A stretch of DNA of 62,977 nt, counting the filler. It is 6 parts of 6 records of this genome, joined end to end, with 100 filler letters (N's around TTAATTAATTAA, not from the genome) between each part and the next. Parts side by side here need not be neighbours in the genome. Positions count along the whole stretch, not along the records: positions 38,039 to 50,378 come from SRR31156797_1092; 5 more parts are not named here. The stretch is one strand, 5' to 3'. How positions within the stretch are numbered: position 1 is the first letter of the stretch; the number at the start of each line of letters is the position of its first letter. The translations under genes were made by a program, and so were the position numbers. The notes below the pieces were generated by a model. That model was given only the letters and a program-made list of their open reading frames with translations. It was not told where the DNA came from and ran no database searches. Positions 39,068-49,553 of the stretch are shown one piece after another.

Positions 39068-40003
39068 TTACATCTGTCCTTTTAAATCTTCAATTAAAAT
39101 CTCTAACTCTCCCTCTGCCACATCATTTCCAACTTGACAAGTTCCCGCTGCTGCATGACCTCCGCCGCCACGTTTCAGCATCTCTTCTCCAATATTAACC
39201 GGAAGTGATTTATTAAAGATTGATTTTCCTACTGCAAATACAGTATTTTGCTTTTTAAGTCCCCAAATAACTTGAACCGATACATTCGACTCTGGGAACA
39301 ATGCATATTTCATAAATCTATTACCTGGATAGATCATCTCTTCTTCTCTTAGATCTAATACAAGTACATTATTGATTAATTTAGCACATCCTTTAATTTG
39401 ATCTTTGAAATCCTGATGATATTGGAAATATAAATCTACTCTTTCCTTAACATCCGGTAGTGCTAATATTTCTTCTATAGAATGATTTCTACAGTAATCA
39501 ATTAAATCCATCATTAGATCATAATTTGAAACTCTAAATGATCTGAATCTTCCAAGTCCAGTTCTTGCATCCATTAAGAAACTTAGCAGTTCCCATCCTT
39601 TTGGATCTAATACATCATCAATATTGAACTGAGCCGAGTCAGCTTTATCTACTGCTACCATCATATCATCACTTACATTAGGAAATTTTTCTTTCCCACC
39701 GTAATAGTTATATACAACTCTTGCTGCAGATGGTGCATCAGGATCAATAATATGATTTTCTTTAATCTCTTTATTTCTTAATGTTTCACTTAAATGGTGA
39801 TCGAATATTAAGTGAGCTCCCTCAACATAAGGTAAGTTTGTAATAATATCATTTCCTGTAATCTCTATTATCCCGTCTTGCATATCCTTAGGGTGTACGA
39901 ATTTAATATCATCAATTAAATTCATCTCCTTTAGAAGAATCGCACAAACTAATCCATCCATGTCACTTCTTGTTACTAAACGATATTTTTTTTCATTTAT
40001 CAT
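39068..40003 (-). CDS. DHH-family phosphoesterase (nanoRNase/exopolyphosphatase-like)
   Basis: TRSDMDG, FDHH, GGGGHAAAG. Confidence 0.9.
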   Translation of the reverse strand: MINEKKYRLVTRSDMDGLVCAILLKEMNLIDDIKFVHPKDMQDGIIEITGNDIITNLPYVEGAHLIFDHHLSETLRNKEIKENHIIDPDAPSAARVVYNYYGGKEKFPNVSDDMMVAVDKADSAQFNIDDVLDPKGWELLSFLMDARTGLGRFRSFRVSNYDLMMDLIDYCRNHSIEEILALPDVKERVDLYFQYHQDFKDQIKGCAKLINNVLVLDLREEEMIYPGNRFMKYALFPESNVSVQVIWGLKKQNTVFAVGKSIFNKSLPVNIGEEMLKRGGGGHAAAGTCQVGNDVAEGELEILIEDLKGQM

Positions 40004-40240
40004 GTAGCTCTCCCCCTATATTTAATGTATTTTATTTAGAAAATATACAGTTTCCACTAACAATTTTAGCATATTTAGTTTCATTATTCCAGCTTTATTC
40101 CAGCTTTTTAGCTAAATTTCACTTTGATGCTTATCACTAAATTTATTTCCATAATAATTTTACTATCAAAATACAAATTTCCTCTTTTTTTATACTTAAT
40201 AAGCTTAATATAAAAGGATTTTCGCGCAAAACAAATGCAA

Positions 40241-40267
40241 AAGGAGCTGATATTTAATCAGCTCCTT
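40241..40267. terminator. Terminator hairpin
   Basis: AAGGAGCTGAT-ATTTA-ATCAGCTCCTT. Confidence 0.7.
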
Positions 40268-40276
40268 AAGGGATAT

Positions 40277-40567
40277 TTATTTTTTGTGCAAACCATTCAA
40301 TTTATCCCGGCTTTCAATCCGTACCTCTCTTGATCTAAATTTCAATAGAAGTAAATCAAAAAATAAAAGTTTTTCAGCAAAGAACTTCAACCATTTCTCT
40401 TTTCGACTGCTGTCTTCTCCTTTTTCATTTTTTATAAAAAGTCCTACAGCAAACAATAAAAGCTTAAGTATTAAATTCTTCTCTATTATTTTACCACCAC
40501 GTCTTGTATTCGAAAATATTAAGTACAAAATGACAATTCCTAATAAAGCAGCTTTAAGCAAAGACAT
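40277..40567 (-). CDS. Small membrane protein, hypothetical
   Basis: Strong RBS GAGGAGG, hydrophobic N-terminus, terminator downstream. Confidence 0.55.
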   Translation of the reverse strand: MSLLKAALLGIVILYLIFSNTRRGGKIIEKNLILKLLLFAVGLFIKNEKGEDSSRKEKWLKFFAEKLLFFDLLLLKFRSREVRIESRDKLNGLHKK

Positions 40568-40705
40568 GCAAACCACCTCCTCAGTTCGCACTTTAGTGAG
40601 CGCTGCTCACAAATAAAAATCCCTCATAAACTCTCTCTTTCATATATAATATGATTATCGGTATCTCAAATAAATCTATAAGCATTTTTTAATATTAAAT
40701 AAAAC

Positions 40706-41083
40706 CTATTCTCCTTCGACAAGTCCCATATCAAATAATCCGTTATTCAAATTACTCTCTTGTAGTTCATCCCAAGTAAATACAATTGGGTCCATCGAAT
40801 GATCTGTAAACTCAATAGTAAATTCGCTAAAGCCTTTACTACCTTCTGCTGTTTCATAAATTTTGGATAATAACTGAATCTTAAATTCATCCTCTTCTGC
40901 TGTAAAATGATCCATATACTCACTGCCAATATACAAGAATATGTATTTCTGCTCACCTGAAAAATGTAAATGAAGTGTTCCAACGTGCACTTCACCCTTA
41001 TCACCAACTAAAGTCAGCTCATATACCTCTGAATAGGGAGTTCTCAACACCCTAACAAAATCAATTTTAAATTCCATACTCAT
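40706..41083 (-). CDS. Hypothetical acidic protein
   Basis: RBS GGGAGG; 125-aa ORF in AT-rich DNA. Confidence 0.7.
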   Translation of the reverse strand: MSMEFKIDFVRVLRTPYSEVYELTLVGDKGEVHVGTLHLHFSGEQKYIFLYIGSEYMDHFTAEEDEFKIQLLSKIYETAEGSKGFSEFTIEFTDHSMDPIVFTWDELQESNLNNGLFDMGLVEGE

Positions 41084-41226
41084 GCCTCCCCTTTGATGTT
41101 ATACTTCTATTATACTTTATGAAATCTTAAAAAAGAATAAAAAAAAATTTATTTTGTTATTTTAAATAGAAATTTCTATTTTTTTAAAGTATTATAAAAG
41201 TATAAATGTTTTACAGGGAGGATTTT

Positions 41227-42852
41227 ATGAGGAAAATACAGCTTATTACTTTTTTGGTAATTTTTTCGATAAATATTTTTGCCAATGTTAAAGACTATGA
41301 TCCCAGACGTTTTATAGTCATATATGAAGAGAATAAAAAAGAGCGTATTCCTATTTGGTCATGGGAGGAACCGTATTATTTATTGAATGATGAACATAAA
41401 GCAAATTATAATACTAAATCTCTTCAAAAGAAACAAATATTAGATCAAAGGAGTAAAATAATTATTGATTTTAATAATATTGATTTAATCAACACCCCTA
41501 ATTTCGAGGGAAATATAACAATAGGTGCTAGAATAAATAGTAATGAAATTGAAGTTTTTCCTTATTCCAGAATTGGATATGACAGAGAGTATCTTTTAGT
41601 GGGTTCAAGACCTATTAACGAGATAGCTTCAAAAGTTTCCAGTGTTGTATATAATCTTGATGCAGTAATTATGGAGTTAGCTAAAAAAGATCCAAATCAA
41701 TATAATATGTTCATTAAGGAAAAAATTGAACTTATCAGCAAACGTAGTATTCCAAATATTCAAATTAGTATTGATAAACTTGAAAAAAACATTTATCTAC
41801 TTGAGCAAAAAAAAGAGCTTCTTAATCAAAAAGAACGAGATAAAAAAAATGAAAACGAAATTTTGCAAAACATTAATGAAGTTGAAGGTCAAATTTTAAG
41901 TATTTCTGATCGACTTATTAGATATAAAAAAGTACTTTTTATGTTTCAGGTTTATTTATCAGACCTTAAAAATTATTCTGAAATTACTGCAAATTATTCA
42001 GATGAAATAACAACTTATTATCTTAAAAAATTAAAATCTTCTCTTGAGTATTTTGCCGAAATAAATGACGGATCCACATCAAATGCAGGTCTAAATCAGG
42101 TTACTTCAAGAATGTTTGATGATTATTTAATCAGACAGGAGTTACTAAAAGATCTGGCAAGATGGGAAAAATACGGTTTAGAAGAGGGAGTAGACAATGC
42201 AATAAATAAATTATTAGCTTTAAAATTAAGTATTTTAAATGAATTTCAAACTGAATATTTAATTGAACTTGACTTCTCAAGTATCAGTAATGTTAATACT
42301 GCTGCCTGGAATGATCTAGTAGCTGAAGTTAGAAAACTAATAAGTTCTTATGTTTATAAAAATTTAATCTTTGCTACAATTGATCTGAAAGAGGTTAGAG
42401 CTGCCTATAATGATGATCTGGAAATATATCTATTATGGTATGATCCATTGCTTAAAAAAACTCTTGAACTGCCTCTAGGCCGTTATACGGTTCAAAAAAT
42501 CGGATGGGAAGTAGAAGTTACTGATTCATTTCTGCTTGTTGAACAATTTGATAAACCAGAAGATACCACTGAATCATTTAGTGGAGCTGCCGGTGCTAAC
42601 TTATTATATCGCTATTATAACGGTGATAAAATTCGAGCTAAAGATATTGCATTTGGAATCAATATTTCCTATTTAGATTTTCAAGATAATAAAGAGATTG
42701 AAATAGGAGTTGGACTTGTTCTTGGTTTATTGGATAATAATATTTTTCTAACTGTTGGTAGAAATCTAAACGCAGACGATAATCAGGCATATATGGGGAT
42801 AGGATTTAGCTTTGTTAATTTAGCGTCAAGTTTTAACGACCTTCAAAATTAA
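41227..42852 (+). CDS. Secreted hypothetical protein with a coiled coil and C-terminal amphipathic beta strands
   Basis: RBS GGAGG, signal peptide ending IFA, heptad region, alternating-hydrophobic C-terminal strands. Confidence 0.75.
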   Translation: MRKIQLITFLVIFSINIFANVKDYDPRRFIVIYEENKKERIPIWSWEEPYYLLNDEHKANYNTKSLQKKQILDQRSKIIIDFNNIDLINTPNFEGNITIGARINSNEIEVFPYSRIGYDREYLLVGSRPINEIASKVSSVVYNLDAVIMELAKKDPNQYNMFIKEKIELISKRSIPNIQISIDKLEKNIYLLEQKKELLNQKERDKKNENEILQNINEVEGQILSISDRLIRYKKVLFMFQVYLSDLKNYSEITANYSDEITTYYLKKLKSSLEYFAEINDGSTSNAGLNQVTSRMFDDYLIRQELLKDLARWEKYGLEEGVDNAINKLLALKLSILNEFQTEYLIELDFSSISNVNTAAWNDLVAEVRKLISSYVYKNLIFATIDLKEVRAAYNDDLEIYLLWYDPLLKKTLELPLGRYTVQKIGWEVEVTDSFLLVEQFDKPEDTTESFSGAAGANLLYRYYNGDKIRAKDIAFGINISYLDFQDNKEIEIGVGLVLGLLDNNIFLTVGRNLNADDNQAYMGIGFSFVNLASSFNDLQN

Positions 42853-42866
42853 TTAAAATATCAAAA

Positions 42867-42903
42867 AATTATAAAGGGACTGATTATCAGTCCCTTTATA
42901 ATT
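42867..42903. terminator. Bidirectional terminator (18-bp inverted repeat)
   Basis: AATTATAAAGGGACTGAT-T-ATCAGTCCCTTTATAATT. Confidence 0.75.
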
Positions 42904-42929
42904 ACCATACATAATTCCAGTACCTTGTA

Positions 42930-43124
42930 CTACCCTTTTTCTGTTCTTGTTTGTCTCAACTCAAAATATCTTTCATTAAGCACGTCTAATTCTCCTGTGT
43001 ACTTTTTGATTAAGATATCATTTTCCTCAGCATAAGCCTTTTCAAGATCGTGCTCTAAATTGTGCATTTTGTCCAAACAGACTTTGATTTCACTTCCTAA
43101 TTCTTGAACTGTCATTTTATCCAT
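42930..43124 (-). CDS. Small coiled-coil hypothetical protein
   Basis: RBS AAGGAGG before MDKMTVQEL. Confidence 0.65.
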   Translation of the reverse strand: MDKMTVQELGSEIKVCLDKMHNLEHDLEKAYAEENDILIKKYTGELDVLNERYFELRQTRTEKG

Positions 43125-43143
43125 TGGATACCTCCTTGATATG

Positions 43144-44064
43144 TTATGCCCCCATTTCATTTTGGGGAAAATTTAATTTCTTTTTAATAAAGTTTACAAA
43201 ATCACTATAGACCTCTTCTTTATTTATTTCATTTAACATTTCATGTCTGCCACCTTGATATAGTTTCTTCTCTATATCATAACCTAATTTATCATATATT
43301 TCCTCTAATTTTTTTACTCTTTTTCCATATCCTCCTACAGGGTCCATATCACCTGAGAAAATATAAAGAGGAATTGATTTAGGAATTTTTTTAATATTTT
43401 CTTTTTTATATACGTTTATTAAGCCAGAATAAAAATAATAGAAGAAACTAGCAGGATATATATTACCACAAGCTTCATCCTCTATATATTGTTTAACCTT
43501 AAAATGGTCTCTTGTCAACCATGAAAATTCAAATTTTTTATCTGTTTTTTCATTATAGTTCAAAAAAGTCATATTTTGCAAGAATTTACTCTCTTTTTTT
43601 GAAAGTTTCATTAGTAGAGACGCTATAATTTTCCCGGCATAAAGTGTAAATCCAAAACTTGAAGATGAACCGGATAAAATTAACGCTGAAACATCTGTTC
43701 CATATTTTTGTGTAAATCTTTGCGCCAAAAAAGATCCCATACTATGACCAAATATTATAATTGGTCTTTTTGGATACTTTTTTTTAAGAACCGTTGTTAA
43801 CTTATATTGATCCTCAACCATCATTTCAAATCCATTTTCACCAATTTCTCCAAATATCTCACTATCATCTTTTGTTTTACCATGTCCTCTATGATCTATG
43901 GCAAATACACTGAAGCCATTGTCATTAAGAAATTTAGCAAACTCTCCGTATCTTTTAGCGTGTTCAGCCATACCATGGACAATTTGAATAACTCCCACTG
44001 GATTTTCAGTTTCCCAGAAGTGCACGTATATTTTTTTTCCATAACTCTCTAGATAGTTACCCAT
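43144..44064 (-). CDS. Alpha/beta hydrolase (lysophospholipase-like)
   Basis: HGMAEH, DHRGHG, GHSMG nucleophile, SGDMDPVG, RHEMLNE. Confidence 0.93.
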   Translation of the reverse strand: MGNYLESYGKKIYVHFWETENPVGVIQIVHGMAEHAKRYGEFAKFLNDNGFSVFAIDHRGHGKTKDDSEIFGEIGENGFEMMVEDQYKLTTVLKKKYPKRPIIIFGHSMGSFLAQRFTQKYGTDVSALILSGSSSSFGFTLYAGKIIASLLMKLSKKESKFLQNMTFLNYNEKTDKKFEFSWLTRDHFKVKQYIEDEACGNIYPASFFYYFYSGLINVYKKENIKKIPKSIPLYIFSGDMDPVGGYGKRVKKLEEIYDKLGYDIEKKLYQGGRHEMLNEINKEEVYSDFVNFIKKKLNFPQNEMGA

Positions 44065-44213
44065 AAACACCACCCGACTAAATTTAGATACATTTCTATG
44101 ATTATTATACTAATCAATAATTAATATCCTTTAAAAAATTAATTAAAATTTGATTATTTAATTTCAAATTATTAATCTCTTAAATAAAAAAACAGGTCGA
44201 AACCTGTTTTAAT

Positions 44214-44519
44214 TTATAAAAATATATTCAACAAATAAACCATTAATACACTTGAAAATACAACTACTATCATATTTTGTTTTAGCAAAAGTAAAACAGT
44301 AGCACACAATAATGCCAGTGTAGATATTAATGTATTTCCTGATGAGTATAATACATCGGGAAATAATAATGCTCCCAAAGCTGCATAGGGTACATACTCA
44401 AGAAAAGATTTCACAAATTTACTGTTTGACCCTCCATTGTGAGTAATCACAGGAAATACCCGTAAAGTATAATTTATTATTGCAGCACCTATTATCACAA
44501 ATAAAAATTTACTCTCCAT
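44214..44519 (-). CDS. azlD: AzlD-family membrane protein
   Basis: NYTLRVFP...FLEYVPYAALGALLFP; overlaps azlC. Confidence 0.85.
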   Translation of the reverse strand: MESKFLFVIIGAAIINYTLRVFPVITHNGGSNSKFVKSFLEYVPYAALGALLFPDVLYSSGNTLISTLALLCATVLLLLKQNMIVVVFSSVLMVYLLNIFL

Positions 44520-45228
44520 CTTTTACCTCCTCAACAGGAAATAATACAGCACCTATTGAAGCTGTAATTACTATTGTAATAATTATTCTCCAATTTCCGA
44601 TTATTTTATTTAAACTCGGAATATAGTAAAATAAACTACTTATAGCTATCGCTATTAATGATACTATTGCTATTTTCTTTGACTTCTTAGCAGCCGGCAA
44701 AAGCAAACCTAAAAACATAATATAGATAGCTATTCCGGTACTATTTGATATTGATTCAGGCAAAACATCTGCAAGTACACAGCCTAATACAGTTCCTCCC
44801 ACCCATCCAAACCACGATACCAATTGTGAACCAAATAAAAAATTTGTACTTAGTTTTTCTCTTGTCATAGACAGTACAAAAACTTCATCGGTTATTCCAA
44901 AAGCCAGTAAATTTTTAGTTAATGGTTTTATTTTACTAGAAAGTCTGTCAGCTACACAAAATGACATAAGAAAGTATCTGGTATTAATCATTACCGTAGT
45001 AAATAGTATACTCCAAACTGATATACCGCTTGCCAGCATATTAACGGATATAAACTGTGTTGCTCCGGTAAAATTTGTCATAGACATTAAAATTGCTAAA
45101 TATGCAGGTAATCCTGCCGCTTTAACAATTATTCCAAAAGTCAGAGAAATGGAGAAGTAACCCATAAAAATCGGGATTGCTTGCTCCATTCCTTCTTTCA
45201 TTTCATTATCTTTATTTTTGATTGCCAT
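44509..45228 (-). CDS. azlC: AzlC-family amino-acid exporter
   Basis: PIFMGYFSISLTFG, FTGATQF, INTRYFLMS, GITDEVF. Confidence 0.9.
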   Translation of the reverse strand: MAIKNKDNEMKEGMEQAIPIFMGYFSISLTFGIIVKAAGLPAYLAILMSMTNFTGATQFISVNMLASGISVWSILFTTVMINTRYFLMSFCVADRLSSKIKPLTKNLLAFGITDEVFVLSMTREKLSTNFLFGSQLVSWFGWVGGTVLGCVLADVLPESISNSTGIAIYIMFLGLLLPAAKKSKKIAIVSLIAIAISSLFYYIPSLNKIIGNWRIIITIVITASIGAVLFPVEEVKDGE

Positions 45229-45329
45229 CAATATTCCCTTCACTCAAACACCTCTTTTGTATTATCAATCTCGTACATTTTATTAAATTTTGATGTTTTT
45301 TTCAAGAGAAATATTAGAATTCGCCTAAT

Positions 45330-46499
45330 TTATTTAACAAAGTCTTTTATTACAGCTCCAAGCCTTTTTATTCCTTCATAAATATTTTGACATGAAGTAT
45401 TTGAGAAATTAAGCCTTAAAGTGTTTTCTTCTATTTCATTTGCATAAAAAGGAGTACCAGGTACAAATGCAACGTTTTTCTCTATAGCTTTATCAAATAA
45501 CTTCATAGCCGAAATTCCTTCAGGCAGAGTTACCCATAGGAACATTCCTCCTTCAGGCAGAGTATACTTAACTTCTTTTGGAAAAAATTCTTTTATTGCA
45601 CTTAGCATGGCTTTTTGCTGCTTTCCATACTCTTTTCTTATTTTTTCAACATGTCCTTCAAAATCATTATTTGATACAAAATCATATACAACTTTTTGCG
45701 CAAAAAAGTTAGTATGTAAATCACTAGCTTGTTTTGCTGTTACGAATTTCTGAATTAACTCTTTTTTCGCACATATCCAACCTAGTCTAAATGATGGTAC
45801 AAATGTCTTCGAAAATGTTCCTAATGAAATAGTATTTTCATTATAAATTTTCAATGATGATTTTTTTTCTCCGGAAAATCTTAATGCTCCATAAGGATTA
45901 TCCTCAACTAATGGGATATTTTCAACTTCAGCAATTCTGGCAATCATTTTTCTTTTTTCTTCAGAATAACTTATTCCAGAAGGATTTTGAAAATCAGGAA
46001 CTAAATAAATTAGTTTAACTTTATTTTCTAAAATAGTTTTTTTGAATTGATCTATATCCAAGCCATCTTCTTTTAAATTTATTGTTAAAAATTCCGGTTG
46101 ATATAGTGAAAAAGCTTGAATAGCTCCTAAATATCCGGGTTTTTCAAAAATAACTTTATCTTTTTTATCAATAAAAACTTTCCCTATTAAATCAAGAGCT
46201 TGTTGCGAACCGCTTGTAATTAATATTTCATCAGCGCTAACTTCAATCCCTTGTTTTTTATAACTATCGGCAATATATTCTCTAAGTTTTTCGTAACCCT
46301 CTGTTGTGCTATATTGTAATGCTGACTCAGCTTCTTCATCCAAAACTCTGTTACAAGATTCTTTTATTCCTTCAATTGGGAATAGATCCGGTTTTGGTAA
46401 TCCTCCTGCAAATGATATAACCTCAGGTCTGGTTGTTACTTTTAATATCTCTCTTATAAATGAGCTTGGTAAACTCTCCATTCTTTCTGCGAATTTCAT
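45330..46499 (-). CDS. PLP-dependent aminotransferase class I/II (LysN/ARO8-like)
   Basis: ISFAGGLP, TSGSQQAL, FQNPSG, EDNPY, TFSK...RLGW. Confidence 0.93.
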   Translation of the reverse strand: MKFAERMESLPSSFIREILKVTTRPEVISFAGGLPKPDLFPIEGIKESCNRVLDEEAESALQYSTTEGYEKLREYIADSYKKQGIEVSADEILITSGSQQALDLIGKVFIDKKDKVIFEKPGYLGAIQAFSLYQPEFLTINLKEDGLDIDQFKKTILENKVKLIYLVPDFQNPSGISYSEEKRKMIARIAEVENIPLVEDNPYGALRFSGEKKSSLKIYNENTISLGTFSKTFVPSFRLGWICAKKELIQKFVTAKQASDLHTNFFAQKVVYDFVSNNDFEGHVEKIRKEYGKQQKAMLSAIKEFFPKEVKYTLPEGGMFLWVTLPEGISAMKLFDKAIEKNVAFVPGTPFYANEIEENTLRLNFSNTSCQNIYEGIKRLGAVIKDFVK

Positions 46500-46552
46500 T
46501 TTTCTCTCCCCTTTGTAATCATAACTCTTTTCATGCTAATTCATATATTCAA

Positions 46553-47380
46553 TTAATCTTCCAAATTATCAAACTCTTCATCACTTAATTCAGTATAATC
46601 TCTTCTTACTTCATCCAAAAACTTCTCATAATTAACTCTCTCCAAACCATGTAAACTATAGCCATAGAGATTTATCATCAAGTCATGCTCTATAAAATCC
46701 TCACCGACCCGTACAAAGCCTTTATCCATAGTTATAGTAACTTTGCTCGACTCACCTCTGGAGATCACTCCTGAGAGTATCTCTGAACCATCAATAGCAA
46801 TTATCATATTTCTTACTTTTTTTTCAGACAAGTATCTTTTTTTTCTTCTATGTACAACTAATTCTTTAAATGGATTATTTTCTCCAAAATAGATTCCTTT
46901 TATCTTTACACCTCTGGAAATGGCCGCTTCTATATTTTCTTTCAGATCCCCTATTTCTTCTTCCCAAACAGATATCGCTATTCTCTTTTTAGCTTTCATA
47001 ATTAGAAGATTTGAAAACTCAATAATTTTATCTATTCCGGTAACTATGACCAGCTTTTCCTCTTCTTTTTCTTTATTATAAATATCCTTAGTATACTTCT
47101 CTATATTTTTTAATGCTTGGGATATATTCAGTTTAAATTTTTCCACTAGCATTTCTGGTTCAAGAGGTGTGTATAACGAACTTTTTTCATCCGTTTCTTC
47201 AAATACAATCTGTTTTGTTTTTAAATTTTCAAGTACTTCGTATATCCTTGACCTTGGGATTCCTGATTTTTTACTTAAAGTATATCCATTGACAGGATAT
47301 TCTTTTAATAAAGTTATATATGCTCTAATTTCATATTCATTCATTCCAAGTAATTTCATATCATTAATTATTTTGTCCAT
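46553..47380 (-). CDS. TrmB-family transcriptional regulator
   Basis: LGMNEYEIRAY..LL...GYTLSKKSGIPRSRIYEVL; RBS GGAGG. Confidence 0.9.
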   Translation of the reverse strand: MDKIINDMKLLGMNEYEIRAYITLLKEYPVNGYTLSKKSGIPRSRIYEVLENLKTKQIVFEETDEKSSLYTPLEPEMLVEKFKLNISQALKNIEKYTKDIYNKEKEEEKLVIVTGIDKIIEFSNLLIMKAKKRIAISVWEEEIGDLKENIEAAISRGVKIKGIYFGENNPFKELVVHRRKKRYLSEKKVRNMIIAIDGSEILSGVISRGESSKVTITMDKGFVRVGEDFIEHDLMINLYGYSLHGLERVNYEKFLDEVRRDYTELSDEEFDNLED

Positions 47381-47437
47381 CACAACCTCCATCCGTATCG
47401 CATCACCCATACAAGTTCTGGTATTTTCTTAGTAGTT

Positions 47438-47466
47438 ATTATAGTAGTTACTATATTATTTGTCAA
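47438..47466 (-). promoter_or_regulatory. Consensus sigma70 promoter with a palindromic operator in the spacer
   Basis: TTGACA-17-TATAAT; ATAGTA-GT-TACTAT palindrome at 47441-47454. Confidence 0.85.
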
Positions 47467-47484
47467 TGTTTTTTAAACAAAAAA

Positions 47485-47508
47485 GAGATAGCTGTAATTA
47501 GCTATCTC
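47485..47508 (-). terminator. Terminator hairpin
   Basis: GAGATAGCT / AGCTATCTC stem followed by a T-run on the minus strand. Confidence 0.75.
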
Positions 47509-47519
47509 AATAAAAACAT

Positions 47520-47957
47520 TTATTCATTAAAAAATTTCTTCTGCTTTACTCTAAAGAAGACTTCTACCCTCTTGAGGCCATTAGGAGTTTTTTTATCGGG
47601 AAAGAATGTAACTGTTTCTCCCGGCTTCATATCTGACCAGGCATCTTTACGTTTTACGCTTGTTCCATCGACTAAATAATACTGCTTGTCTTCAATAATT
47701 GCAAGCACTTTCACTGTATTATTATTTACAGCTCTCCATTGAACTCTTGTTTTTCTACTGTTCCCCAACACTTTATATCTTACATAGAATTCAACATTTC
47801 TCATTCTTCCATATCTCTGCCAGTTTGACCAACCAATCATATTTAGTGTAATCATAACAGTTGGTACTATAACAAGTAAAATAGCTATTAATATTGATTC
47901 CTCTTTTTCTAATTTTCTGCTACTAATATGATGCTTTTTTTTCTTTTTCTTTGCCAT
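47520..47957 (-). CDS. Hypothetical single-pass membrane protein
   Basis: Basic N-terminus, one TM segment, soluble C-terminal domain. Confidence 0.7.
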   Translation of the reverse strand: MAKKKKKKHHISSRKLEKEESILIAILLVIVPTVMITLNMIGWSNWQRYGRMRNVEFYVRYKVLGNSRKTRVQWRAVNNNTVKVLAIIEDKQYYLVDGTSVKRKDAWSDMKPGETVTFFPDKKTPNGLKRVEVFFRVKQKKFFNE

Positions 47958-48018
47958 CAAACTCACCCCTTGTTTATGTTTAACTTTCATGCTGTTAATT
48001 ATTTACAAATTTTGAATT

Positions 48019-49434
48019 TTAATATGTAGCTGCTCCACTCCACTCTTGAAACCTATAGAGAGTTTTCTTAAATATAGAATCCTCATAATACTTATCAAGT
48101 CCAACAGTAAAATTCCCATCTCTATTATACCACAGCATATCGAAATAATTATCGACCTCTTTAACTATTTCTCTATGATTTTCTGCTTTAATTAAAACAT
48201 TCGTTTCAAGATTATAATCCGATATATTTCTTCTGGTAAAATTAGCTGAACCTCCTATAATTATACTTTGATTAGGCATTTTAGCATGCATCATTTTAGT
48301 ATGAAATTGCTCTCCATGGGTATAATACCACTTAATTTTAATTTTTCCTTTCGATTTATTATTTAATTCAACAGCTACAGGTCTGTTTGGAACACCATTT
48401 TTTTTCAAACCAAAGGCATCTTTATTAGCATCTAAAATAAGTCTGATTTCAACATCTCTATCAGCTGCAGCTATTAACGCTTCTATTATTTCTCTGTCTG
48501 ACAAATAAAACACTCCAATATTAAGTTTATCTTTTACTTGAAGTTCGTTTATAACTTTTAGCATATTCTTTTTAATTTTTCCCTCGGTAATTATTTTAAC
48601 TTCTGTATTTCCTGTACTTTCTTTTTTTATTTTAAATTTTTCGATTTTTGTCTTGAAATTTTCATCGGAAAACTCAGCAACTGCTAACTCAGTTTTTATC
48701 AATGAGTTTACAATTTTACCATCCATGTAAAATGCAATATTTGAATGATATGAACTTGCATCATGTGGATTAGAAGATGTAACTAATGCTCCATTCTCAC
48801 TTATCATAACTTTTCTATGATTTGCTTTAAAATTAATTAATTTTAAATAAGCTCTTAGTGTTACTTTCGGACCGTCCGGATCAAATGGATTTCTTAACCA
48901 ACCTTTTCCTTCGGTTCCAAACCATTGAAAAGTTGTTTTCCAAAAAAAAGAATAAATAAAATTAGAATCAGGAAGTTTTCCCATATCAGTCACAACTACA
49001 TTGATTCCGTTATTTTCTAATTCTTCTAGAAATTCTGATTTATAAGCTCCGTAAAACACATTAACCTCATCAGTAATCATTATAACTTCTATTTCAGGTT
49101 TCTCTTTTTTTCTTTTTACCAATTTACTTGTCAAATCATTTGCAAGTGTTGGATACGATTGTTTTTTATCATAATCATCGTTGTATAAGAACATATCCAT
49201 TATAATAAACTCTTCCGCTTCATCGATCATTGAGAATATTTTATTCCATATATGCTGTTCTCTAACAATTTCACCATTTTTTTCATAAGTCAAATCATAA
49301 ATGAACTCAGGTTCTTTCATTTTGTAGCTTTTTGATTCAACAGAAGTTCCTTTAGGCATAACCTTTGAACAACTAAAAAAAACACAAGAATAACTTAAAA
49401 TATAAATGATTTTCATAAGTCTTTTCGTCAACAT
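48019..49434 (-). CDS. Phospholipase D family protein
   Basis: HKD-like motifs NHRKVMISE and FHTKMMHAK; GGSANFTRRN. Confidence 0.9.
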   Translation of the reverse strand: MLTKRLMKIIYILSYSCVFFSCSKVMPKGTSVESKSYKMKEPEFIYDLTYEKNGEIVREQHIWNKIFSMIDEAEEFIIMDMFLYNDDYDKKQSYPTLANDLTSKLVKRKKEKPEIEVIMITDEVNVFYGAYKSEFLEELENNGINVVVTDMGKLPDSNFIYSFFWKTTFQWFGTEGKGWLRNPFDPDGPKVTLRAYLKLINFKANHRKVMISENGALVTSSNPHDASSYHSNIAFYMDGKIVNSLIKTELAVAEFSDENFKTKIEKFKIKKESTGNTEVKIITEGKIKKNMLKVINELQVKDKLNIGVFYLSDREIIEALIAAADRDVEIRLILDANKDAFGLKKNGVPNRPVAVELNNKSKGKIKIKWYYTHGEQFHTKMMHAKMPNQSIIIGGSANFTRRNISDYNLETNVLIKAENHREIVKEVDNYFDMLWYNRDGNFTVGLDKYYEDSIFKKTLYRFQEWSGAATY

Positions 49435-49509
49435 AATAATGCACCCCTTTTCTTAATATTTATATTTTATCTGTTAAACTTTATAATTTCATAAGAAAAA
49501 CAGTATATA

Positions 49510-49551
49510 ACTTAATAAAGATTTGTAATAAATTACAAATCTTTATTAAGT
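49510..49551. repeat. Perfect 20-bp inverted repeat (terminator-like)
   Basis: ACTTAATAAAGATTTGTAAT-AA-ATTACAAATCTTTATTAAGT. Confidence 0.8.
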
Positions 49552-49553
49552 AT

